A stretch of DNA of 64,000 bases, taken from assembly GCF_054482595.1 (NCBI RefSeq), contig NZ_CM137008.1. One strand, given 5' to 3'. Below are positions 54,031 to 64,000 of the stretch, piece after piece. The notes below the pieces were generated by a model. It was not told the DNA's origin. It saw nothing but the letters and a program-made list of their open reading frames with translations, and did no database searches. The translations under genes and the position numbers were made by a program. Position 1 is the first letter of the stretch. Each line of letters begins with the position of its first letter.

Positions 54031-55296
54031 TTACGGTTTGAAGTCCAATGGCGCGTTTTTGAACACTTCATATACTGCCTGGCTTGGTGGTTTCGGGATC
54101 TTCGCAAGTTTAGCTGCTGCCAACGCAGCCTGACAAAGTGCGGGATCGCCACCTTCAGGTTTGATATCCAGTAACATGCCATCGGGTGCCAGTTTTATGC
54201 GCAGCGTACAGGTTTTGCCTGCATAGGACGATGCGTCATAGAACTTACTTTCGATAGCAGATTTAATCTGCCCGGCATAGTTATTGATATCGGCCCCTGA
54301 TGCGCCATTGTTTTTAGTATTACCACTCCCGGCAGGCGAAGCATTGTTCCCTTTCGCCCCTCCCCCCGTTTTCGGTGCATTCTTACCAGAGCTTAGCTCA
54401 CCGAAAATATCATCTGCCTCTGCGGCAGCTTTTGCTGCAGCGGCTTTTTCAGCTGCTGCTTTTGCAGCTGCCGCTTTTTTGTCTGCGGCGGCTTTTTCTG
54501 CCGCTGCTTTCTTATCAGCTGCTGCCTTTTCTGCAGCCGCTTTTTCTGCTGCTTTTTTGTCGGCTGCAGCTTTCTCTGCTGCCGCTTTCTTATCAGCTGC
54601 AGCCTTTTCAGCAGCCGCTTTCTTCTCAGCTTCTGCCTTGGCTTTTTCAGCAGCTTCAGTTGCCGCTTTCTTTCTTGCTTCAGCTGCAGCTGCTTCTGCC
54701 GCTTCCGCTTTCTTCTTCAGCGCCGCAGCGGCTGCCTCGGCTTTTTTCTGCGCTTCGGCTGCGGCTTTGGCGGCTTCTGCTTCTGCTTTTTTCTTCGCAT
54801 CTGCAGCCGCTTTCTTCGCTGCATCTTCCGCAGCTTTAGCATCCGCTTCGGCCTTCGCTTTAGCATCTGCCGCCGCTTTCGCTGCCGCCTCTTCCGCTTG
54901 CTTCTGCTTTAACTCGGCCTGTTTTGCGGCTTCTTCAGCCTGCTTTTTCTGTTCCTGAGCAGCTAACCGCTCTTTCTCAAGTTGCTTCAGGCGTTCCTGT
55001 TCAGCCGCTTGTTTCTCACGCAGTTCTTCAGCAGCCTGCTGTTCCTTCATCTTGCGCTGCTCATCAGAACGCTTCGCGCTTGATTCCTGGCTTTGCATGC
55101 GTTTGTACTGCTCAACTACCGCACCTGAATCAACCATGACAGCGTCGATGGACGAACCACCGCCGCCTCCGGCTGAAGCTTCTATATTCTCATCGAACGA
55201 ACTCCAGATCAGCGCCGCAAATAAGATGACATGCAGCACTGCTGAAATAATTATCGCCCGCTTGAGCTTGTCGTTTTGTTCGGTTGCCTTTGACAC
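54031..55296 (-). CDS. tolA: Tol-Pal system protein TolA
   Basis: 421 aa with long Ala/Lys/Glu-rich helical domain. Confidence 0.9.
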   Translation of the reverse strand: MSKATEQNDKLKRAIIISAVLHVILFAALIWSSFDENIEASAGGGGGSSIDAVMVDSGAVVEQYKRMQSQESSAKRSDEQRKMKEQQAAEELREKQAAEQERLKQLEKERLAAQEQKKQAEEAAKQAELKQKQAEEAAAKAAADAKAKAEADAKAAEDAAKKAAADAKKKAEAEAAKAAAEAQKKAEAAAAALKKKAEAAEAAAAEARKKAATEAAEKAKAEAEKKAAAEKAAADKKAAAEKAAADKKAAEKAAAEKAAADKKAAAEKAAADKKAAAAKAAAEKAAAAKAAAEADDIFGELSSGKNAPKTGGGAKGNNASPAGSGNTKNNGASGADINNYAGQIKSAIESKFYDASSYAGKTCTLRIKLAPDGMLLDIKPEGGDPALCQAALAAAKLAKIPKPPSQAVYEVFKNAPLDFKP

Positions 55297-55360
55297 TCTC
55301 GGTTTCCAAAAACTGTTCGCCTGTTACCCGCTCTCTTTCAAGCAAGGGAAACGCAGATGT

Positions 55361-55789
55361 TTAGATAGGCTGCGTCATTAAACCAACCGATTTCACACCC
55401 GCACTATGTAACAAGTTCAGTGCTTTAATTATTTCATCGTAAGGCACATCTTTTGCGCCACCGATCAGAAAGACCGTTTTCGGGTTGGCCTTGAAACGGC
55501 TGGACACTTCCGCCACCACCTGCTCTGGTGGTAAACGCTCCAGGCGATCTTTCTCAACCACCACGGTGTACTGACCAATACCAGACACTTCAACAATCAC
55601 TGGCGGATTATCGTTACTGCTCACCGCCTGTGATTCAGTAGCGTCTGGCAGATCGACCTCCACGCTCTGGGTGATGATGGGCGCTGTCGCCATAAAGATC
55701 AGCAACAGCACCAGCAGTACGTCCAGCAACGGTACAATGTTGATTTCGGACTTGAGATCGCGACGACCTCGTCCACGCGCTCTGGCCAT
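55361..55789 (-). CDS. tolR: Tol-Pal system protein TolR
   Basis: 142 aa recognised as TolR. Confidence 0.9.
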   Translation of the reverse strand: MARARGRGRRDLKSEINIVPLLDVLLVLLLIFMATAPIITQSVEVDLPDATESQAVSSNDNPPVIVEVSGIGQYTVVVEKDRLERLPPEQVVAEVSSRFKANPKTVFLIGGAKDVPYDEIIKALNLLHSAGVKSVGLMTQPI

Positions 55790-55792
55790 GGC

Positions 55793-56886
<1,094 letters not shown>

Positions 56887-57035
56887 TTTACATCCCGGTA
56901 ATGCAACAAAAGTTAGAGCTTTTAAACGCTGCTACTATACGCGCGCGATTGAGGTTTGGGAATGAGGGCAAGTTAAGGGAGCGTAAAAATTTATGGGCCT
57001 GGAGCGGCCCATAATTTTTTAAAGAGAATTCTGAT

Positions 57036-57329
57036 TTAAAAGAAGAAGAAAATCAGCCCGACAATGAGAACAATATCGGCAAGCAATGGGCAAAAAATCC
57101 CTTGCCAAAGAACCTTCTGCGGACGAAAGCCCACGCCGTGAATCACACCAGCACAGACGGCCCACATCAGCAATAAACCATGCCAGATTTCCAGTTCACT
57201 GGTCTTCGCGGCGAAACGTGATGGGTCCCAAAACATACATCCTGCTAACAGAAGCGCCATCACGAAGGAAAGCGCCCGCAGGGGGCGCTTGTCCATTACC
57301 GCATACAAGGTTGCGATAATCTTACTCAT
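57036..57329 (-). CDS. ybgE: Small membrane protein YbgE
   Basis: 97 aa membrane protein downstream of cydX. Confidence 0.8.
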   Translation of the reverse strand: MSKIIATLYAVMDKRPLRALSFVMALLLAGCMFWDPSRFAAKTSELEIWHGLLLMWAVCAGVIHGVGFRPQKVLWQGIFCPLLADIVLIVGLIFFFF

Positions 57330-57442
57330 CAGATGTCTTCTTGACCGGCTTTGCCTGATTCGACGTGCTCAAGCGCCAGCGCGGTGATTACCCCAAACGA
57401 ACAGGCAAGAAGCGTTCCCAGAATCCATGCGAAATACCACAT
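57329..57442 (-). CDS. cydX: Cytochrome bd-I small subunit CydX
   Basis: 37-codon ORF by translation: MWYFAWILGTLLACSFGVITALALEHVESGKAGQEDI. Confidence 0.8.
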   Translation of the reverse strand: MWYFAWILGTLLACSFGVITALALEHVESGKAGQEDI

Positions 57443-57456
57443 TTTTAGCTCCTTAC

Positions 57457-58596
57457 TTAGTACAGAGAGTGGGTGTTACGTTCAATATCTTCTTTGGTGA
57501 TACGACCGAACATTTTCCAGTAACACCAGGCGGTGTAGAGCAGAATGATCGGTACCAGAACCACCGCAACCCAGGTCATGACGTTAAGTGTCAGCTGGCT
57601 GGAAGTTGCATCCCACATTGTCAGGCTTGCGTTCATCATGGTGCTGGACGGCATCACAAACGGGAACATTGCGATACCGGCAGTCAGGATGATGCAGGCC
57701 AGCGTCAGGGAGGAGAACACAAACGCCCATGCGGCTTTATCCATACGTGCAGTCAGGATGGTCAGCAGCGGCAGAACCACACCCAGTGCCGGAATAGCCC
57801 ACAGAATTGGCGTGTTGTTGAAGTTAACCAGCCATGCGCCAGCTTCACGAACCACTTCTTTATTCAGCGGGTTAGAGGCTGCGTAATGGTCCATTGTCGA
57901 TTTCACGACATAACCATCGATACCGTACATCACCCATACACCAGCCAGTGCGAAGCAGACCAGTGTCACCAGTGCCGCCACCTGAGCCGTTGCACGGGTA
58001 CGCAGGTGCAGTTCGCCCACGGTACGCATTTGCAGATAGGTTGCGCCCTGAGTAATGATCATCCCTACGCTCACCACGCCTGCCAGCAGGCCGAACGGGT
58101 TAAGCAGCTGGAAGAAGTTACCGGTGTAGTACAGACGCAGATATTCATCAACGTTGAACGGTACGCCCTGCAACAGGTTACCGAACGCTACACCAATCAC
58201 CAACGGCGGAACGAAGCTACCAATGAAGATGCCCCAGTCCCACATGTTACGCCAGCGGGTTTCTTCAATCTTGGAGCGGTAGTCAAAACCGACCGGACGG
58301 AAGAACAAAGACGCCAGCACGAGGATCATCGCCACATAGAAGCCGGAGAACGCAGCGGCATAGACCATCGGCCAGGCAGCAAACAGTGCGCCGCCTGCGG
58401 TGATCAGCCAAACCTGGTTACCGTCCCAGTGTGGTGCGATGGAGTTAATCATAATTCGACGCTCGGTGTCGTTACGACCGAGGAAACGGGTGAGCATGCC
58501 CACCCCCATGTCGAAACCATCAGTGACTGCAAAACCAATCAGCAGAACGCCAACCAGCAGCCACCAGATAAAACGCAATACTTCATAATCGATCAT
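57457..58596 (-). CDS. cydB: Cytochrome bd-I ubiquinol oxidase subunit II
   Basis: 379 aa recognised as CydB. Confidence 0.95.
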   Translation of the reverse strand: MIDYEVLRFIWWLLVGVLLIGFAVTDGFDMGVGMLTRFLGRNDTERRIMINSIAPHWDGNQVWLITAGGALFAAWPMVYAAAFSGFYVAMILVLASLFFRPVGFDYRSKIEETRWRNMWDWGIFIGSFVPPLVIGVAFGNLLQGVPFNVDEYLRLYYTGNFFQLLNPFGLLAGVVSVGMIITQGATYLQMRTVGELHLRTRATAQVAALVTLVCFALAGVWVMYGIDGYVVKSTMDHYAASNPLNKEVVREAGAWLVNFNNTPILWAIPALGVVLPLLTILTARMDKAAWAFVFSSLTLACIILTAGIAMFPFVMPSSTMMNASLTMWDATSSQLTLNVMTWVAVVLVPIILLYTAWCYWKMFGRITKEDIERNTHSLY

Positions 58597-58611
58597 TTGA
58601 CGACTCCTGTC

Positions 58612-60180
58612 TTAGCGTGCCGGCTGAGTAGTCGTGGAAGACTGCTCAAAGTGATAGCGACCGGTTTTCAGGCTGCTTGGGCCGAGGCGTGCAAACTTGA
58701 ACATTAAGAACAATTCTGCCACCAGGAACAGGGTATACAGGCCGCAAATCAGCACCATTGAGAAGATGAGATCGCCTGCGGTCAGTGACGAGTTCGCCAC
58801 AGCTGTCGGCAGCACTTCACCGATAGCCCACGGTTGGCGGCCATATTCAGCCACGAACCAGCCCGCTTCTACAGCAATCCACGGCAGCGGAATACCGTAC
58901 AGCGCGGCGCGCAGGAGCCATTTTTTCTCGCCAATGCGGTTGCGGATGACACTCCAGAAAGAGAGCGCGATGATTGCCAGCAGCAGGAAGCCACACGCCA
59001 CCATGATACGGAACGCGAAGTACAGCGGCGCTACACGCGGAATGGAGTCTTTGGTTGCCTGTTGAATCTGCGCTTCAGTCGCATCAGCCACGTTTGGCGT
59101 ATAGCGTTTCAGCAGCAGACCGTAACCGAGGTCCTTCTTCATGCTATTGAACTGGTCACGAACCGCCTGGTCGGTAGAACCAGAACGCAGTTGTTCGAGC
59201 AGAGAGTACGCCTTCATCCCGTTACGAATGCGTTCTTCATGCTGCACCATCAGTTCTTTCAGGCCGATAACTGGAGTATCCACGGAACGCGTTGCAATGA
59301 TGCCCAGCGCGTAAGGGATCTGGATCGCAAATTTGTTCGTCTCCTCTTCCTGATCAGGAATGCCGAACAGAGTAAAGGCAGCAGGCGCAGGTTGCGTTTC
59401 CCACTCGGCTTCAATAGCAGCCAGTTTGGTTTTCTGCACGTCGCCCATTTCGTAGCCGGATTCATCACCCAGAACAATAACAGACAGAACGGCAGCCATA
59501 CCGAAGCTGGCAGCGATAGCAAAGGAGCGTTTAGCGAAGGCGAAGTCACGACCTTTCAGCATATACCATGCGCTGATACCGAGGATGAACATCGCGCCAG
59601 TAACATAACCAGACGCTACAGTGTGAACGAATTTCACCTGAGCAACCGGGTTAAGCACCAGCTCGGAGAAGCTCACCATCTCCATACGCATAGTTTCAAA
59701 GTTGAAATCGGACGCGATTGGGTTTTGCATCCAGCCGTTCGCAACCAGAATCCACAGTGCGGACAGGTTTGAACCGAGCGCCACCAGCCAGGTGACACAC
59801 ATATGCTGAACTTTACCCAGACGATCCCAACCGAAGAAGAACAGACCTACAAAGGTGGATTCGAGGAAGAAGGCCATCAGACCTTCGATTGCCAGCGGCG
59901 CACCGAAGATATCCCCTACATAGTGGGAATAGTAAGACCAGTTAGTCCCGAACTGGAACTCCATGGTCAGACCGGTAGCCACACCCAGAGCGAAGTTGAT
60001 ACCAAACAACTTGCCCCAGAACTTGGTCATATCTTTATAAATCTGTTTGCCGGAAAGGACGTAGACCGTTTCCATAATGGCCAGCAGGAACGCCATACCG
60101 AGCGTCAGTGGCACAAAAAGGAAGTGGTACATCGCGGTCAAGGCAAACTGTAAGCGCGACAGTTCGACTATATCTAACAT
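58612..60180 (-). CDS. cydA: Cytochrome bd-I ubiquinol oxidase subunit I
   Basis: 522 aa from [12 protein letters not shown]. Confidence 0.95.
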
Positions 60181-60517
60181 CATGACTCCTTGCTCATCGC
60201 ATGAAGACTCCGAGAGTGAACCCCGTTAGAAAGGGTCACACGCATGCCCCAATACAAAATTATTTGCTCGCCTCTATCGTTGCCATTTCATCTAAAGAGG
60301 AAAAGACAATGATAAAAAAGTTACAAATATGTTAATGAATAAACCAAATTGATCCCGTAATTATATTACGCCGCAAAATCCTTACAATAAACAGGTTTTT
60401 ATTGAGCAAATTTGCATTTTTCGACAGTGATCAATTTATAGCGAAATTGTCACGATCTCACCAATTTGATCTACGACAATTTATCGTGTTTTGCAGATTT
60501 TTTTCAAGAATTAAAAA

Positions 60518-60531
60518 TTGATTTATATCAA
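60518..60531. promoter_or_regulatory. FNR-type binding site in the cydAB promoter region
   Basis: TTGATTTATATCAA matches the FNR consensus TTGAT-N4-ATCAA within the AT-rich region upstream of cydA. Confidence 0.5.
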
Positions 60532-60985
60532 AACCAACCAAATATGTTAATTATGTATAAACCATAGATCATTGGTGATTTTATTGTTAATTTATTGTGA
60601 AATATTTATGCAACACAATTATTACAATGAAAAGGTATAGATAAAAAACCAGTATTTTATTTAACAGAACCGCCTTATCCACTTTTTATAATACCAATTG
60701 ATTAGAGTAGCCAATTTGTTGCTATTTTACATAACATATTTTTATCAAAGTTAATTGATTGTTGCCTTTATGAGCACCGACCGTAAGCCCGTTATGTTAT
60801 TGTTTCATTAGTAATAATCACTTAAATGTATCGATGAAACAGGTATGACTTACCGGGAGTGATTGTTTCTGAGTGAACAGAGGCCACTTTCGCCTGATAA
60901 ATGAAAAATGAGCGATTTTTGCAAGTTAGTTTTTCTATAGCCGAGTACGCTCAGCGCCTCGCTTGATTACAATGAGGTTGCTGCT

Positions 60986-61930
60986 ATGAGTCCTGATAAT
61001 ATCGGTTCGGCTGTCAATCGCTTCTCAGGTTGGCCATCTAATGATCCTCTAAAAACAGATGAAGAATCAATGACATCACCCGTGACTGTGCAGGTAATAA
61101 AGATGATTGCCGCCATCCTTGATCCACATCGGATAGTCGTTGGAATTGATACACTTTATACAACGCAGCGCGAAACATTTACCTCAGAGAGTCAACAGCT
61201 CATTGAATCAGCATTGCAAACACTTCATGTGATGAATTTAAATAACCTGGAAACAAATCGCGATGAAGAAGGTCACTATCTGGCTTTTGAATATAACGTT
61301 GACACCTCTGACAGAATAACCGTTTCTGCTTATAATGAAAAAAAACCTGGCTGCTATGGCCAATGTCTTGTAATACAGGATGACGAAACAAACTTATTTA
61401 ACCTGATAAAAATTAAAATTTTCGAAGCCAGGCATAATTATGTCGCTCAATTGATGAGCGATCCGGAATTTATGTTCAAATTTAGTTATAGCGCTCAACA
61501 AAATAGATTAGAACCTCATCTTCTGGTTCCCACTTATTTCCCTCTAAAAACAAACGAACCGGTTACGCAAGAGGATATACTGTTACTTTATCGTTTCTTT
61601 AAAATGGATGGTGATTTTAATATATTAACATCAGATGAATACATGAGTATCATGACACCTCTGATGAAGTGTGAGCGCAGCATCCACGACCACAACAGGT
61701 ATGTGACGGGCAAAGATACCCTTCTTCTGGACTATCCTCCTTCTGGTAACCAGATATATTTCCATATTTTTCCTGACGAATCAGCAACACTAGTCCTTTA
61801 TTTTTCAAACAATGACATTGAATGTTTCGTCTTTGAAAGAGATATTCCGAGCCAGTATCGCTTTTTCAAAATGTTTACCAATCTGGCACTGGTTATTGAT
61901 CAGTTAACCGATGCCAATCAAATACTTTAA
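60986..61930 (+). CDS. Hypothetical protein in AT-rich segment
   Basis: 314 aa ORF with visibly low GC; no recognised family. Confidence 0.4.
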   Translation: MSPDNIGSAVNRFSGWPSNDPLKTDEESMTSPVTVQVIKMIAAILDPHRIVVGIDTLYTTQRETFTSESQQLIESALQTLHVMNLNNLETNRDEEGHYLAFEYNVDTSDRITVSAYNEKKPGCYGQCLVIQDDETNLFNLIKIKIFEARHNYVAQLMSDPEFMFKFSYSAQQNRLEPHLLVPTYFPLKTNEPVTQEDILLLYRFFKMDGDFNILTSDEYMSIMTPLMKCERSIHDHNRYVTGKDTLLLDYPPSGNQIYFHIFPDESATLVLYFSNNDIECFVFERDIPSQYRFFKMFTNLALVIDQLTDANQIL

Positions 61931-62011
61931 TTTTCTATATATCCCCTATGGCAAATATTGCTAAACAATGCCTGGGGATTAATTTTTATTACTCACGGAA
62001 AGATTTAAATA

Positions 62012-62434
62012 ATGATACCATCTCAGATCTCTTTCAATACCCTTCCAGTCAATGCAACATACGCTTCAGAGACAACAGTTGACACACAAAAATTCTCTGA
62101 CATCCTCTACTCAGCGGGGTGTTCCCTAAAGGATATGGCTTATCTGAGCAGATGTCTGGCATCAATACACCCGACTCTCGCCAAAAACATTTATGAAACA
62201 GAAAATCTCAGCGATCAAAAATTACTGCATATTGATTGCCGTAGTACAAATGACATCAAGATAAATATCTTTTTTGGTCAACAACGAGAAGGATTAATTG
62301 AAATTAATTCTGACACAGTCATTTTTTCGATATTGTCTTCATTAATTGACTCCGCCATTTCTAAATTTCAACACCAAATCCCCGTTAACGGTTCAGTTAA
62401 TCGTGAACTATTGTATGAGGATTATACTGATTAA
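62012..62434 (+). CDS. Hypothetical protein in AT-rich segment
   Basis: 140 aa ORF, low GC, no recognised family. Confidence 0.4.
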   Translation: MIPSQISFNTLPVNATYASETTVDTQKFSDILYSAGCSLKDMAYLSRCLASIHPTLAKNIYETENLSDQKLLHIDCRSTNDIKINIFFGQQREGLIEINSDTVIFSILSSLIDSAISKFQHQIPVNGSVNRELLYEDYTD

Positions 62435-62981
62435 ATCCACCCTGTCGCGAAAAATGGCCTGCGTTATTGCCAGACGTAATAAAACCTTTGATTAACGTTA
62501 CTCATACTGATAGCACCTTCATGTACCTCTCTTTTTTACGAAAAATTAAAAGAGCTAACTAAGGTCATAATTCGCATGAATCATTAACCATTTGTTATTT
62601 TCAACATTATTTTTACATTAAGCAGAGATGAATTGCAGTGAAATTCGACTTAAATCTTATGAAATGCATTTACTCATGGCTAAAACCACGTCACAAAAAT
62701 GCAAATTAGAAGTAGATCACAATTATCTCAATACATTAAATCAAGTTAATTTTAAAAATTTAACACTCATGACATTAGTTGACATAACACACTGAATTAA
62801 CATGAGAATTTAAAAACATACTTTAAACAATCATTTCCCGAAAGACATTTTGAAAATAGATCAATTGCAACATTACGGTCAGATAAAGACACTCCTGTGA
62901 TATTAAACCTGTGCCGTTATGAACGGCCATAAATACGACGTGTGTAACTTATTTTACTCTCTGTCTTACAAAGGATTACCC

Positions 62982-63431
62982 ATGAAGAAAGCAACACTTG
63001 TGATTGGCGTTATTGGCGCGGACTGCCATGCAGTAGGCAATAAAGTTCTGGACCGCGTTTTTAGCAACCACGACTTCAGAGTCATTAATCTGGGCGTAAT
63101 GGTCAGCCAGGACGAATATATTGATGCGGCCATTGAAACTGGCGCTGACGCGATTGTCGTCTCCTCTATCTATGGGCATGGTGATATCGACTGTCTGGGC
63201 ATGCGCGAACGCTGCATCGAGCGTGGACTGGGGGACATCCTGCTCTATGTGGGCGGTAACCTGGTAGTCGGAAAACATGACTTCGCTGACGTGGAAACCA
63301 AATTCAAAGAGATGGGATTTGATCGCGTCTTTGCCCCAAGTCATGACTTAGAAGAGGTTTGTCAGCTGATGGCCCACGATATCAACCAACGTCATGACGT
63401 TGATACTCGTATTCTTGAAGAGGCTATCTGA
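62982..63431 (+). CDS. glmS: Glutamate mutase small (B12-binding) subunit
   Basis: B12-binding domain ([11 protein letters not shown]); start set at Met MKKATL after SD AAGGAT. Confidence 0.8.
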   Translation: MKKATLVIGVIGADCHAVGNKVLDRVFSNHDFRVINLGVMVSQDEYIDAAIETGADAIVVSSIYGHGDIDCLGMRERCIERGLGDILLYVGGNLVVGKHDFADVETKFKEMGFDRVFAPSHDLEEVCQLMAHDINQRHDVDTRILEEAI

Positions 63432-64000
63432 TGCAAATCGTCTCTGTCGATATTGGATCGACGTGGACCAAAGCAGCCCTCTTCACCCGGGAGGGGGACG
63501 CGTTAACGTTGGTTAACCACGTACTGACCCCAACCACCACCCATCATCTGGCGAAGGGGTTTTTCTCCAGCCTGAACCAGGTGTTAAACGTAGATAATGC
63601 CCTCCCCCTGTTAAACAGCGGTGAGGTTGCATTGAAGTATTCCTCCTCTGCCAAAGGTGGGCTGGCGGTTGCCGCAATGGGATTGGTGCCTTCTATCACC
63701 CTGGAAACCGCGAAAGTAACCGCTCACTCTGCGGGTGCTAAAATTGCGCAATATTACGCCTACAAGCTGAACCGCCGTGATATCCAGGCACTGGAAGAAA
63801 CGCAGCCCGATATTCTCTTGTTCACCGGCGGCACCGACGGCGGAGAAGAAAGCTACGGACTGAATAACGCCCGTGTGCTGGCAGAATCCAAACTCGACTG
63901 CGCCATTATTTATGCCGGAAACCGGGATATTCAGGACGAGGTGCAGGAGATCCTCGGGCATAAAGACCTGACCATCGTCGACAACGTTCTGCCCGATCTT
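63431..64000 (+). CDS. glmL: Glutamate mutase accessory protein MutL/GlmL-like (partial, runs off the window)
   Basis: ATG overlapping glmS stop; open frame to window end reading [18 protein letters not shown]... Confidence 0.6.
   Translation, partial: MQIVSVDIGSTWTKAALFTREGDALTLVNHVLTPTTTHHLAKGFFSSLNQVLNVDNALPLLNSGEVALKYSSSAKGGLAVAAMGLVPSITLETAKVTAHSAGAKIAQYYAYKLNRRDIQALEETQPDILLFTGGTDGGEESYGLNNARVLAESKLDCAIIYAGNRDIQDEVQEILGHKDLTIVDNVLPDL

Noticed and set aside
54284-54958. Long plus-strand ORFs (224 aa, 154 aa) antisense to tolA
   Set aside because: Composition artefact of the Ala/Lys/Glu-rich repetitive tolA coding sequence; no start context, fully overlapped by a well-recognised gene.
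57427-59772. Large plus-strand ORFs (426 aa, 312 aa) antisense to cydB and cydA
   Set aside because: His/Arg/Gln-rich nonsense translations fully overlapping highly conserved cydAB; typical antisense ORFs of GC-balanced genes.

Overview
The window holds the int-proximal ~24.7 kb of a lambdoid prophage (bases 1..24697) followed by ~39 kb of E. coli-type chromosome. The prophage is a lambda/P22 mosaic, as recalled from memory: lambda-type int, xis, attP P' arm, lysis genes S/R/Rz/Rz1, cIII, kil and ninF, but P22-type portal and terminase. It is integrated at the lambda attB site next to ybhC, with the attL core at 24683..24697. Its immunity region is interrupted by a complete IS2 (13667..14997, 5-bp CAAAA target duplication) that splits a small membrane-protein gene at the rex-equivalent position. 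The host part reads ybhC, ybhJ-ybhI-ybhH / ybhD, pgl, ybhA, modCBA, acrZ, modEF, galETKM, gpmA, aroG, ybgS, zitB, pnuC, nadA, a seven-gene tRNA-Lys/Val cluster, cpoB-pal-tolBARQ-ybgC, ybgE-cydX-cydBA and the cyd promoter region. At the right edge an AT-rich segment carries two unrecognised ORFs followed by glutamate mutase genes (glmS, glmL partial). No CRISPR array was seen. I did not find one clear-cut novel system; the best candidates are the IS2-disrupted rex-locus gene, the AT-rich two-gene module, the uncharacterised ybhDHIJ module and several prophage accessory pairs. All calls rest on reading the sequence and ORF track plus recalled protein families; no searches were run.
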